In this document: positions 38,175 through 50,052 of the stretch, piece by piece | Numbering within the stretch: position 1 is the first letter of the stretch | Layout of the letters: the number at the start of each line of letters is the position of its first letter | From: Psilocybe cubensis | Lineage: Eukaryota | Direction of reading: 5' to 3' | DNA: 64,000 nt | Assembly: GCA_017499595.2 (NCBI GenBank) | Contig: CM038998.1 | Span: 3,720,001-3,784,000, forward strand | Notes under the pieces: generated by a model | What the model saw: the letters and a program-made list of their open reading frames with translations, nothing else | The model's database searches: none | Told to the model about the DNA's origin: nothing | Position numbers and translations under genes: made by a program

Positions 38175-39875
38175 TTATAATTGATCGGGCCAATAATCCT
38201 CACGAGGGACAGAAGTAGCATAGGCTGAAGCTATATCATCCATATGGCTCCAGATATGGTCAGTGTTATCAGACGCGCCCGCGATAAACGTGAACCATCG
38301 TTTCCATGAAGCAGGCGCCCAAGTGTAGCGCTTCATGCCACGCGACTCTATCCAAGGTGGATAAAACCCGCCCCATTCCCAGTCAATAACCCACAACACG
38401 CCATCATCTGAAAGGATGATATTGCTAAGGCTGAGGTCGCAGTGTGTGAGGACCAAATTCCATTCGGAATCGGGTAGTAACTCTGGAAGTGGCGGGGTGG
38501 GAGGGGGCGGCATATTAGGGTTTTTCATTCGGAAGCCTTGGTCACGGTGAACACGGTCAAGGTAAGTGATATTTACTATCCAGTTTCGGAACGTTTCCAC
38601 ATCGCGAAAAGGGCCATTCCATAAATTAGGGTCAAAGAGAACCCCACGTACGTGGCCGAGTTTTATGCCACCTGGTCTATCGCTAGTAACACGTCGCATT
38701 TGCGATACATATCCTCGAAGAGTGCAGGCAATACGGAACTGGTAGAAGCTGCTCAAAGAGTCCCAACACTCCAGAAGCATGCGTCCAGGAATAAGATCGG
38801 CTACAAAAAATTGTTTGAGATGTGTGTAACGTGGCTGTGGAACTGGAATGTTGGTGTGAGCCCGGACAAAGCTACAATTATAACTTTCAAAAGGATTGAG
38901 GTTTTTCAGGATTAAATTCGGCGCTATCTTCTGTGCAGGAGCCAAATCGTGACCTTCAGTGTATGCTGCCAGATGTTTATTGAAGGCAACGGCTTCTGGT
39001 GTTTTCGTCAACTCCCATGCTGCATCATCATCCGGGATGACTGGAAGGCTCTCCGGATCTGGTGTCTGAATATGGAAAGATCAATACAGAGGTGTGGTAT
39101 GTAGTATGAAGATACAAACGTCTCTGTTGACATTAGGAGGAACCGGCAGGGAGAAGATTCTTGCAATGACATCCAGAGCCCATGATTCCATGCGCGTGAA
39201 TGTTCTGTGGAAGCGGAGTCTAACTGAAGTTTTTACAGGATGAATTAGGTCCACTTGATGTGATTATGCGTGAGTTTTTGTGTATTTGTAATTGCACAAC
39301 TTGGGTCACCTACCTATTGCGGAGCACATTTTTCCAATGCTATCTGAGTTTGTAATGCCGACAAGGTAACTAGACAAGGACGTGAAAAGGGTGATCGATG
39401 TTGTCAAGTATCCAGGATATATGACAAAGTTCGAATCGGGTTCCAGAATATCTTGTTTTGTTCCTATAATGAAAAATGATTTCCGTTGGTCACGATAATT
39501 ATCGTGAACAAACTTTGCATATTGCATAACTGTGCTGGTAGCGTCTATATCCAGAGGAATGGTAAAAAGGACAACATCGGCTTTATCTAACATTCCTCGA
39601 GGGTCCATGGCTGATTCACGAGCTTTGAAACAGAAATGGTGCCCATCGTCTTTCCTAACAAATACATGTTCGTGCTAAACTTCCAATAATGATTATTGCG
39701 CAGTCCAAATTTTGGATTATGGATCAAGCATAAGTACGCACCAACCGCTCGCAAAGAGTTGTTCTTCCACTTCCCGGAGAACCTACGACATTTGAGCAGC
39801 CAGATCAGTCATTCTTGTGGTTGCATTTATTTCCGAGTCAGTACCCGTAATCAAAAGTTGAACGTGAGCTGGCAT
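38175..39875 (-). CDS. Ras-like/APH-like fusion, copy 3
   Basis: Same layout. MPAHVQLLITGSPGSGRTTLCERL, GTKQD, HCDLSLSN and IDW. Confidence 0.83.
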
Positions 39876-40414
39876 CTATATGAAGTAGGCCTAGTTCTTA
39901 TAAGGAGGCTGATATTGGTAAACAAAGAAGATAGAGCTTATCGATCGTTGAAGTGGTTGACTGAAGTGAACCTAAGTGAACCGACAAACGGTGGATACTG
40001 AACGCCACGTGGTGGAGGCATGGCTGGTAATTTATTGGGAGGGCAAGCCAGAGCGCTCGGCCCGTTCCTCCGCATCGTGAATCCTGTTTAAACCGCCATT
40101 GCATCCATACCTATTGGGCCAATATTCTCTCATGCGATTCAGATATATTTCCAGATCTCTATATCATCGCGTAATCCAATTCGGGGTTTCCAATAGATTC
40201 CTGGGAGTCACCGTGTTGAGTGTATATATTTAATGTTGCTTTTAATATGGCCTAACACTAACAAGATCATCCCACAAAGGCCTTTACAGCACAAATAGAT
40301 GATAGGATAGTTTGCGAAGATCAGTCCCACTGAACTGCGAGATTCATTCACATCGATAATCACTGACTCACTGAAATTTTTCAAAACGTATAAAATCCCA
40401 GTCTGAATTGTACC

Positions 40415-40990
40415 ATGAATGCATCAAGGAATCCCCTTTCTGCGCTCCCGGGTTTCGTACTCATCCTCATGGCTCACTCTTCCGCTCCAAGCTATAACTT
40501 GGCAAATTGCCTTCAGGTCTGGGAGTACCCTATCAAGGAAATATACGTTTGGTGCCAGTCTCACACGAATGTCGATAAGCTTAGGATATGTCTTGATCTT
40601 GCACACGGATCCACGAACATCAGCAAGGTCCACATCCAGTTGCAGAGAGCAGTTCAGATCCAACTCGGCATGTCTAGACATCCCGACTCCCTCCAGTTTC
40701 TCCCAACGTCTGTTACCTTTATTGCCAACCACAGCAAATTTACGATCAGGGATGGTTTTGTACTTTGTAAAGCTCAAGCTGTTCCAGGCACTACTGTCAA
40801 AGACTTTGTTAATGCTATGCAAATGCATATGCCTCGTTATCGCCTCCCTTCTGACGACCTGCAACACATTGGCTGGGTCCGTTCTCACTTACAGAATTTT
40901 GTTGATCGTGGGCTTTTGTTTCAGGCCGAATCAAGCCTGAATATAGTCGACGCCCTTGTTCTGAGCTTGCAAAGAATATCGGGAGTTTAA
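40415..40990 (+). CDS. Intronless hypothetical protein (start at 40415 or at the downstream MAHSS methionine)
   Basis: 191-codon ORF with globular-like composition and no recognised family. Confidence 0.45.
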   Translation: MNASRNPLSALPGFVLILMAHSSAPSYNLANCLQVWEYPIKEIYVWCQSHTNVDKLRICLDLAHGSTNISKVHIQLQRAVQIQLGMSRHPDSLQFLPTSVTFIANHSKFTIRDGFVLCKAQAVPGTTVKDFVNAMQMHMPRYRLPSDDLQHIGWVRSHLQNFVDRGLLFQAESSLNIVDALVLSLQRISGV

Positions 40991-41704
40991 ACACCGATTG
41001 CTATCATACAAGTTGTGTCTGAGTGGCTAGTCTTTCGAAATGGTATGACGACTCTCATATATCACTTTCATGGGATTTGCTGAACTGTTGACTTAGGTTG
41101 ATACGGATCAATACCATGGCCATTGTCCTTGTTCCTTTTTCTCCGTTAGTTTATGCAATTGTGTTATGTGAAATACTATGTTCTCTTCCGACTAGATATT
41201 TAGGACGAATTTCAGGTCGGGTCTAGATAATCGAGTAAATATTTCTGCCTTTTCATCAAAAATTGATTTCCCATCGGCATTCATCAATTTTTGTAGCATA
41301 TGCTCAGCCAATATAGAAACTGCGAGAATATTTCGTGCAGAGGTACTTCAACGTGTTGAGATCTGACCTCTTTATAGAAAGTGTGTTGCACCGAATTCAA
41401 AGCGAGAAGCTTTGACACAGGAAAGCTTGTACACCAGTGCCTTCATTCGGTGTTATTCAGACGTTTAATCTTCATTGATCAAGAAAAGCCCAAAGTATAC
41501 TACCGCCAGTAAGCAAGACAAACCAGTTGGCTCGGAATATTTCAAGTTGTAAAATACATATTGGGTGAGCGCAACTCAGCTACTTAGAATGTTTATTGGG
41601 GACACAAGGTCACCAGTCGATGATGAAATACGGCCGGGGCCGGCATTAGCCAAATGACGGAGTTTGAATTCCATCTTTCCCAACTTCCTTCATCATCAAC
41701 AGTC

Positions 41705-42765
41705 ATGTCGTCATCCCCATCCCCTTCTACCTCTAAACTCACCCAAGATAACGTAGAAGAAGAAGTGTCTGAAGTTACAGATAAAGAAAACACGCCTTTA
41801 TCCGATCAGAAGCATTCCAGTTCTGACTCTGAAGAACAGGAGGAAGAGTCGAAAGATGGTGTAGACGAGAGCGCCGTTTCAGGAACGACAGAACGCTCGA
41901 CGACGATCACACCAGCGCCAACGAGCCACACTGATGCATCCCAATGGCAAGCTGTCTGGAGCCCTCAATACAACGCATACTATTTCTTCAACGCCACCAC
42001 ACAGCAGACCACATGGACGAACCCTCTCGTGCCCGAGGGAACCTCACACGATGCCCAACAAGAACCGGCCTCTGCTACAGGAGAGAAGAAAAAGGAGGAT
42101 GAGGAGGAACCAGAATCTAGTTCCAGTGCGGGGCAGACACAGTTGTCTGCCGTGGCTGCGCAGAACGCGGCCATTGAAGCAGCGGCACTCGCTCAGGGCA
42201 TCGACCCCGTTTTGGCTCGTTTGGATCCTTCTCTTGTTGCTTCTGCTATGGCTCCTGGGCAAACTGTTCCCGGATGTAAGTGATCCTATTTCTTCTTCTC
42301 GTTATTCATATTTAACCCTAACCTGATTCAAAAGCCCTCCCAACGTTCACTGCCCAGTTCAACGCCCGTACAGGACGCTTTGCAGCCGTCTCATCGTCCT
42401 CTTCATCTTTTCTCCCCTCCTCATCGGGTCCTGTACGAACCCCCGCTCATCTTTCAGAATACGAACGCGCGAAGCGCATGAGCTCTTTCTACTTTGATGT
42501 AGACAAATGGGAGGAAGACCTGGCGAAGCGTGGTGGGAGACTCATGGGTGAAGAAGGGGAAGGTGCAGAAGAAGAAGGAGGTAAGAAGAGGAAGAGACCT
42601 AGCAAGAAAGACATCGTGAGTGTCGCTTACCATTTATTCTACCGTTGCTCTTTTGGCTCGGTGGGTATGAAACGATTCGTATTGATCGCATGATTTCCCT
42701 AGGAACGTTATAAAGAGCAGAAAAAGCAGAAGAAAATTGCCAAAACGGCTTGGTTGCGTACTTAG
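41705..42765 (+). CDS. WW-domain protein (3 exons)
   Basis: WW domain WQAVWSPQYNAYYFFNATTQQTTWTNP, then FNARTGRF, EYERAKR and a basic C-terminus ending WLRT*. Confidence 0.88.
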
Positions 42766-42989
42766 CAGTTCCACGAATCTGTAAAAAATTCGGCGCATAT
42801 ATCTAGGTTCGGCCATTTGCTTTATTCAATGTAGCTGTTTTTTGTCCCTGGACCCACGACAATCCATTCAGGGCTGTTGAGAGCTTATCTATAGGACCAT
42901 TGTTAAAAGAGTTATTTCAATACCACGCCAGAAATATGTTAATAACACAAATGATAGCACGACAGTCTCACTCGCATCACAACTTTGTA

Positions 42990-44090
42990 ACGACAAACTT
43001 TTCTGTCTCCCAACCCAACGTCTCCCTCCAATAAATTGGTGCCTTCCAACTCATAAATGCCACTATCAACCGGACCCCATAGCATAATCAGTTTCTGAGA
43101 TCAACCGCGCCACAGACGTTCAAGTTCTGTACGAAAATCTTCCCATGCGATCGACTTCGAATACTAAATTTCACCACATTCTCATGCCAGGTAACTCGCC
43201 ACCGACCTCAAGGTATTCCAGAGTCAATACATTCATGAAAGTAAGTACCAGCAACTCGTGATTAAATATCAAATACGGGGCATCTTCTTCGTTGACGATG
43301 ATGATCTTCAGGTGCTGGAGTGATGTGTTCACAAGACTTGCTGGAATTCCATCGCGCTGACCATTTGATTCAATCACAAGTCATATAGACCAAGATACCT
43401 TATGCTTGCACACATAATCATATCCCAGTCTCTGATGGATCTGATGTACAGTCGTATGTCCGGGAAAACCAGATTGGGGAGAGTCTTCGCGAAGGCGTTC
43501 CACCAGGGAAGAGGCTTGAATTTTATGATTGTCTTCGCACATGATCGCAAGTGACTGTATGCCTAGAAATGCGCCTACAAGCAGCATCATTGGAAAAGGA
43601 CGCCTTTGGGCCTGAACCACATCAGTGTTGGCCCAATGACTGCTATCTTCGAGAATATGTAGATCAGTCAGGTAGCAGGGACCGCTGGTCTACCGTAATG
43701 AGTGACGACGTCCACTTTCCGGAATCCGAAGTTCCACCCTTGTACCTCTCCGCTAAGTCTGACATAGTTTAAATTGAGTTAGACAGTGTTATCCATTTCG
43801 TCTAGCGCTGCATTTATTGCTTTTGATTTTCGAAACCAATTCCGTTCAGGCTAAGTGATTCCAGGCTCGGACACCTCATGTCCGTGCGCGTCCAACTGAA
43901 ATTACCTGCAAATAATGTGGCAACCGGTGTGCGGAGATATGGTTCATACTGGTCTAATTCTTTTCCAGTTGGGACCTTTCCAGGTATCTGACTTCTTATT
44001 TTGTCTTCGTTGAGAGGGTATGACAGGCAGTTGGTTGCCTTATGGGTTCAAGAAGTGGGCGGATTTGGACAAAAATAGAAGCTGCCATGG
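42990..44090 (-). pseudogene. Decayed paralogue of the F-box/LRR-like gene at 59872
   Basis: Fragments CPSLESLSLNGIG, AFLGIQSLAI and VLTLEYLEV parallel LPRLEILTLKGIG, AFPAVRFLDI and IPTLEYFEF in the same order. Broken by stops and frameshifts. Confidence 0.5.
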
Positions 44091-44220
44091 AGATTTACAC
44101 AGTAAGGAACCAGCGCTTTTTCGAGGCTATGCTTTGCTCTATAAATTAAATCATACTTAATTCACACGGAGCACATTCATCTAAAACCATCATTGCTGAG
44201 ACCAGCATTGGTATCGCTCA

Positions 44221-45974
44221 TGCTAGTCTCGCTCGTCGTAGCTGGTACATACCTTTCCAGGCTTCTGACCTCGATCCAACTTACTTCATGGTCACCGGAC
44301 AACATCGGTCTCGTTTTCTCCCGGCAAGATTTAGATCCATCCCAATGCTCGTGTCCAGATACAAGAAGTGTTCTCGATATTATATGGAGCTGCCTTGGTA
44401 CAATATTCTTGTGCACATGGGTAGCAATACACCCCAACTTGCCCTCTGCAGAAGGGTTTGCCTACAGAGCGCTTTTCGGTCGGCTGAAGCTCATGTTTAC
44501 CGCTCTTATTGCTCCTGAAATTGTGGTGTTTCTTTCCGTGAGACAATGGCTGGCCGCGAGAGAGATATCAAGACAACATAAAGGTATGTCTTTGCGCATA
44601 GTTATACGCCCTTACTGACCGACAGGTACTACCAGATCAAGGTTGGACGATGACTCATGCACACTTCCTCATAATGGGCGGCTTTGTGCTTATGAAGGGC
44701 GATGAAGACATGGGCACGCTTACCTGCGAGCTTTTCCAAGAGCTCGTTGCATCTGACGAACTAACATTCCCGACGATAACCAAGGAAGATATCGAAGAGT
44801 AGAGTAAAGGTGACGCGCTAGCCAAGGGATTAGTCGTCCTTCAAGTGTTATGGTTTCTTATTCAGTGCATTGGTCGCGGCATACAAGGATTAGAAATTAC
44901 AGAACTCGAGGTGGTCACAATTACATTTTGTAGTCTCAACGGGGCTATGTACTTTTTTTGGTGGCATAAACCCATGGACATCCAGCGTCGCCTTCCAGTG
45001 TTCCTCAAACCAGGGTCTGATTATGTGCGGAAAATTGAATTAAAAAGGGCCATTGTAATGGAAGATCCTGAAATTGCCCTGAGGGATATAGAGGAGGCAC
45101 TGGCGGAGGAGAACACGCGTTCGGCGGAGGGAGATGGAGTTCCGCCTGGCACTGGTGAGAGCAGCTCTGTAAGTTCGTCTGTCGCGTTTAAGTTACGAGA
45201 TATGATGTACTGAATACATCCTACCTACAGTCAATCCAAAACTCTAACCTTCATCGCTTGGGTCAATCCCTCAAGGATATCATAAAGACAGTACCTGTTA
45301 TAGGACCCGATATTTTGCCAGAACTTTCTCGCGACTGGCGTGAGGATACAAAGAAATACCCTAGTATTCTGGTGGCACTTTGGTGGGCTTTTGCATGGAT
45401 CTTATTTTTACCCATATTGGCTTGGCTATTGACTGTCATTTTCTCGATCTTCCTGCTGTTTAACACTTTTCAACACCATGACGACGAGTGGATAAGCCAC
45501 CCGCAACGTGACAGAGTACCGACTTTCTACTCTCCTAAAGTCAAAAAGAACTCTATTCTCGTCCTCTACATCACATTCCCCTTTGTTGCTACAGCCTTCG
45601 GTGTGCTGCATTGTATCGCATGGAACTTTCGCTTTCCGACTACTATTGAGCACCAGCTATGGAAAATCTCCTCTATTATTTTAACCTTTGCTCCTTGCGC
45701 CTCTTTATTATACGGTCTGGGGGCTAGAATGCTGATATACAGGGGTAATCAACTAAAGGACTCGCAACAGTCACCTAGCGCAGTCATAACCAAAGTGCTT
45801 CGGGCTATTATAGCATTGTTTAATTATTTTTCAGTTCTGATATTATCTTTGATGATCCTTTTTTACTTCCTTGCTCGCTCAATACTGCTGATAGAAGGAG
45901 TAGTAGCATTGCGAGTGTTGCCTTCAAAGGCAGCTTTAGAAGTAGATTGGCATAATTTCCTACCTCATCTTTAA
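44221..45974 (+). pseudogene. Fungal multi-TM membrane protein of unknown function, with one in-frame stop
   Basis: Family motifs CTWVAIHPN, ALIAPE, THAHFLIMGGF, SKGD, ITELE, WWHKP and FGVLHCIAW. TAG at 44800-44802 falls where a Lys is expected. Confidence 0.75.
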
Positions 45975-46163
45975 TAATTAAAAATATAGCAGTAATACAC
46001 AATTTTTCATTCAATGTGGTCTGCATAAAGTTCTTGGTTTTAAATGCCATTACAGACAATGTGACCATTCAATATTCAATGTATGCAATGAGTCCCGTAT
46101 TGAGCAAACGCTAGCGGCTGTCTTTGATTGTTCAAAATCATCTTCCAAGTGGTTGACGGGGAC

Positions 46164-46891
46164 TGTTGGCTAGGCTCCATTTACTCCCCTTTTGGAAATC
46201 GAGTTTCCATATTCAATCTTCTCGATCATGGCTGCTCCGGAGAGACAGCCTCCGGATCCGCCCCGATCATAACGATGACGCACCTCAACCGCCTATAAAA
46301 GGGCAGAATCCTGTGCGAGGGCCGCCATCCTCTCTTGCTTCCTTTCCCTCATCATCCTTTGTATCGCCCAAGCTCCTGATACCTATCATATCTTGCTAAA
46401 GCCTGATGAGGATCACGACATCGGTATAGAGTATCTTGGGCGGGTACCGAATCCAGTTTCGACGCTCTGGCAATACCTTCAGCATACCATCTCCGAGGCT
46501 CACCTCGCCTGTCACAGATTGACGCCTTCACCTCAATGGTATCTTGCTAAAGCCTGATGAGGATCACGACATCGGTATAGAGTATCTTGGGCGGGTACCG
46601 AATCCAGTTTCGACGCTCTGGCAATACCTTCAGCATACCATCTCCGAGGCTCACCTCGCCTGTCACAGATTGACGCCTTCACCTCAATGGCTCATTCGCG
46701 TTTGCCTAGCCACCCTTTGGCTGATATCTTTGGTTTAGGCTGAGCGAGTTTAGTAAGTCTAGTCTACAGTGAGGAATAAGTTACAAACGGCGACTGACTA
46801 TAATCTGCAGTATCTCTTCGCCATTCTACGTCGATTGTCCATGCCCGCCTAGTGGCAATCACTGCAACCAAGCTCTGATAGCACCTCAACA
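46164..46891. mobile_element. Probable LTR-like sequence with an internal 151-bp tandem duplication
   Basis: TGTTG...CAACA termini and TATAAAA near 46294. Perfect repeat 46389-46539 / 46540-46690. No matching TSD was found. Confidence 0.5.
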
Positions 46892-49001
46892 TGTGCTAGC
46901 AACCTTTTCGCCCTCTCCAATGATTTCCCTGTTCAAGATTATGGCCAATTCCTCAAGGCGAGAGTCCCATCTGTCCAGATTCCGGATTCACATCGCTCGG
47001 TTCGTCGGTCAGGGACCCTTGTATAAGCTTTGCTAGGCGCCATTCTGGACCGTTCATTCCGGTCACTGTCTCAGTTACTGTCTCCCTGTCTCGAACACCG
47101 CCTACTACTCTAGAGCGACGGAATGGAGTGGCCAGGCCACCTCATCTCTCATCCTTGAATGATTTTCACAAATCCTAGTCCTAAAGCTAAAGCTCTGTCT
47201 CGGCCCTCTGAATCGCCTCCTTCCCTACGTCGAGCTCATCAGCCACCTGCATCCTGAATCTTCAAATCACTATCGCCTTTCCACTTAATCACATTTTTTC
47301 AATCATTTTACAGCTTTACTAACAAATATTCCCCACCTCCCTTTCGATTTTATCCCCTCACCCGCAGTTATAGTTCATTCTCCCTTTCATCGCATTCTGC
47401 CCGCCTCAAAACCTTTCCACTCTATCAATTTTTTGACCATTACCGCTTTTCTCTCCATCATGCCACACCTTCCCTTCCATGCTCACGTTCAACCTTACAC
47501 CTTCGCTCTTCTCCCCTCCTGACCGTTTAACCTCTCCTCTCCATCATGCCACGCCTCCCCTTCCACGCTCACGTTCAAGTTCACTTCACACCTACACTCC
47601 CCTTCCCTCCTGACTGTTTAACAACAGTTACACTAACTGCTCACTCACCTAGACGATAAATTTATCACTTATGTCTCAACCAGTATCTCTTTTATACTCC
47701 CGCCGACCCATTCTTTCTCCTCTCTGAATCACCTGCTCCCGTGCCAATTTCAGATTCACACGTCATCTACCATCTCCTCTCCTTTCCCTCTCCCGTTCAC
47801 TCAGACATCTATATGAACATTCATCACCAAATTCCAATGCTAATCTGTGCTTGTCCACATCCAAATCCTTGTTACGTCACCTCCCAATTCCACCTACTCA
47901 TTCACATTAAAATTAGATTCCTGCCGTCCACAATCTCCCGATTTCAGCTCACATTTTAGATCTCGCCTTTACCGACATCCTCTCACTTCATACCTAACAT
48001 GTCCATTTTTCACCTAGCCCTCTTCTCACTTCTATGCTCACCTCCCACCTTTTACATCACGTCTTACAATTCTCACATCTTACATCCCTCCTCTTTCCCC
48101 TCCGCTTTCCTCTCACTTTCCATTTCACTGTTCAGCTTCCTTCTTTCACCCGTTCAGTTCTTTCTCGCAAACTGCCCGTCACATTTCACACTTCACATTC
48201 CTCTTGTCACTGCCCATCCCACATTCCAAATCTCCAGTTCGCCACTGATCTCTCTTTCAATTTTAACCTCTCAACTCAACACCCGCCTTATGCATTCCAC
48301 CCACAATTCACTTCCCATCTTTCCTTTTTTGCGTTTCCAGATATCAAACATTCCGCTGCTTATCTTCTAAATTTCTCAGGCTGCTAATAATACCCGACAA
48401 GCTTAGTTACAGCCTGGAAGAACAGATCGGCGAGACGGAAAGACGGCAAAGAGAGGCCCGCTATGCCGGGCCGCAGGCTATTTGGGCGTGAGCCCGGAAT
48501 TTTCAGAAACTTCAAAGGCGGATTGGAGAGATGGAAGTAAAGGCAGGCGGTGAAAGCTTTGAGGAAACAAGGGAAGTAATAAGGTAATTGGTGAAGTAGG
48601 TAAGCACGATCAATAAAGATACATTCAATAAAATCCTCGAACTAGCTTTCGAAGCGGCGGGAAAATAGTCAAGAGTGAAAATCATGTCGGTGTCGTGGAT
48701 AGAGAATGAGGATTGGCGTAACTGTTGGTGACACAATGTGTAATAAGACGAGATAAGATGAAATTGAATCCGTATATGCGCGAGATGAAAGCTAAAGTAA
48801 AATCACAAAGTAGAATAAAAAGTTAAAAGAATGACCCGTGGCTTTGTTAGTTACATGACGTGACATAGAATGGAATGCTAGAGTAGGAAACAGAACCAAT
48901 GTATACCTGAAAGCAAAAAAAAATGAAATGTAGAAAAAAAACCACGAAAGAAAGTGGAAGACGTAGATGAACAAGAATCAAAGTACACTTGTAGCCTGAG
49001 C

Positions 49002-50052
49002 TCAAGAATCAAAGTGCCTACCACGCTTGGGATCTGCGCGGCGCTTTTCGACGGCCTTGCGCAGTTTTCTACCAGGCCGGACGACAATGACCGGCACAGG
49101 CGAATGTGAGAGACAATACCTAACATCGACAATCAGCCCTGCCCGGACCAAGCAAAAAAGCGAGTATACTCACTTGCTCACACTCCCGATGCCCCCGGCA
49201 CCGACGCCCAGCCCCAGGCCCGCGCCGAGTCCCTGCACCAAACCGACGCCGAAGCGCCGTCCGCGCGTGCCGACGACGAGAGAGTCGGGGCGGTACAGCG
49301 CGATGAGGCGGTCGATGGAGTCTGTGATTTTTCCGGCGACGTATTCGAGGATGAGGGAGAGCTGGCGGTCGGGTGCGGAGGCGTGGGCGTGGGCCTGGAT
49401 GGATGCCAGAAGTTCGCGCGCAGAGTCGCGGATTAGATCGTGGTCTTTTTCCGCTAAGGAGGAGGATTTAGATAGGATGTAGATGGATATGAGAAAAAAA
49501 GTCAGCGTATCGTATAATGAGAGGTGACCGGAACATACCCAGCTCGTCTTCATCGACGCCTCGAAACACGATCAGCTCATCTCCATCCTGGACGAGGGTG
49601 TCGATCGCCCAGTCCAGCGCTTCGCTCCCGCTCTCATCTGGACTCGCAGCGCACAGGAAGACACGGGTGTTGCGTGTGCGGCGGTAGAGATCTGTCTGTG
49701 CGCGGAGGGTGAAGGAGAACATGCTTGCAGCGGGGTTCTCAAAGGTGTCGAAGGAGACCTTGGGGGTGTAGGTCGGGTGGTGGGGGTGGGATGAGGTGTG
49801 GTGGGACTCCTTCTCATGCTCGGGGTGGTGGATGCTGGAGTGGGCGGGCGGGGGCTGGGCGTTGGAGGCGGGGAGCGGGTGGAAGGCGTGCTCGGGGGAC
49901 GGGGCGGCGGCGGCGGCGGGCGGGGCGGGGATGGCTGTGCTCGGTGCGGGGGGAAGGGGCACGCGGCCGAGTTGCGGGGAGGCTACGGGAGAGCTGGGCC
50001 GGGAAGACTGCTTCATGGCGCTCCTGAGCGGAGGGGCGAGTGCGTTGGACAT
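49002..50052 (-). CDS. Universal stress protein (Usp) domain protein
   Basis: TRVFLCAAS, ALDWAIDTLVQDGDELIVFR, YRPDSLVVGTRG, GSVSK/YCLSHSPVPVIVVRP. Confidence 0.9.

Noticed and set aside
42311-42326. TAACCCTAACC as a telomeric repeat or telomerase template
   Set aside because: It is under two units long and lies at an intron branch-point region of the WW gene.
46389-46690. Direct repeats as a CRISPR-like array
   Set aside because: There are only two adjacent units with no spacers, in a eukaryotic context.
47741-48387. Hydrophobic ORFs as membrane proteins
   Set aside because: They are explained by the pyrimidine bias, which suppresses stops and yields Leu/Ser/Phe/Pro.
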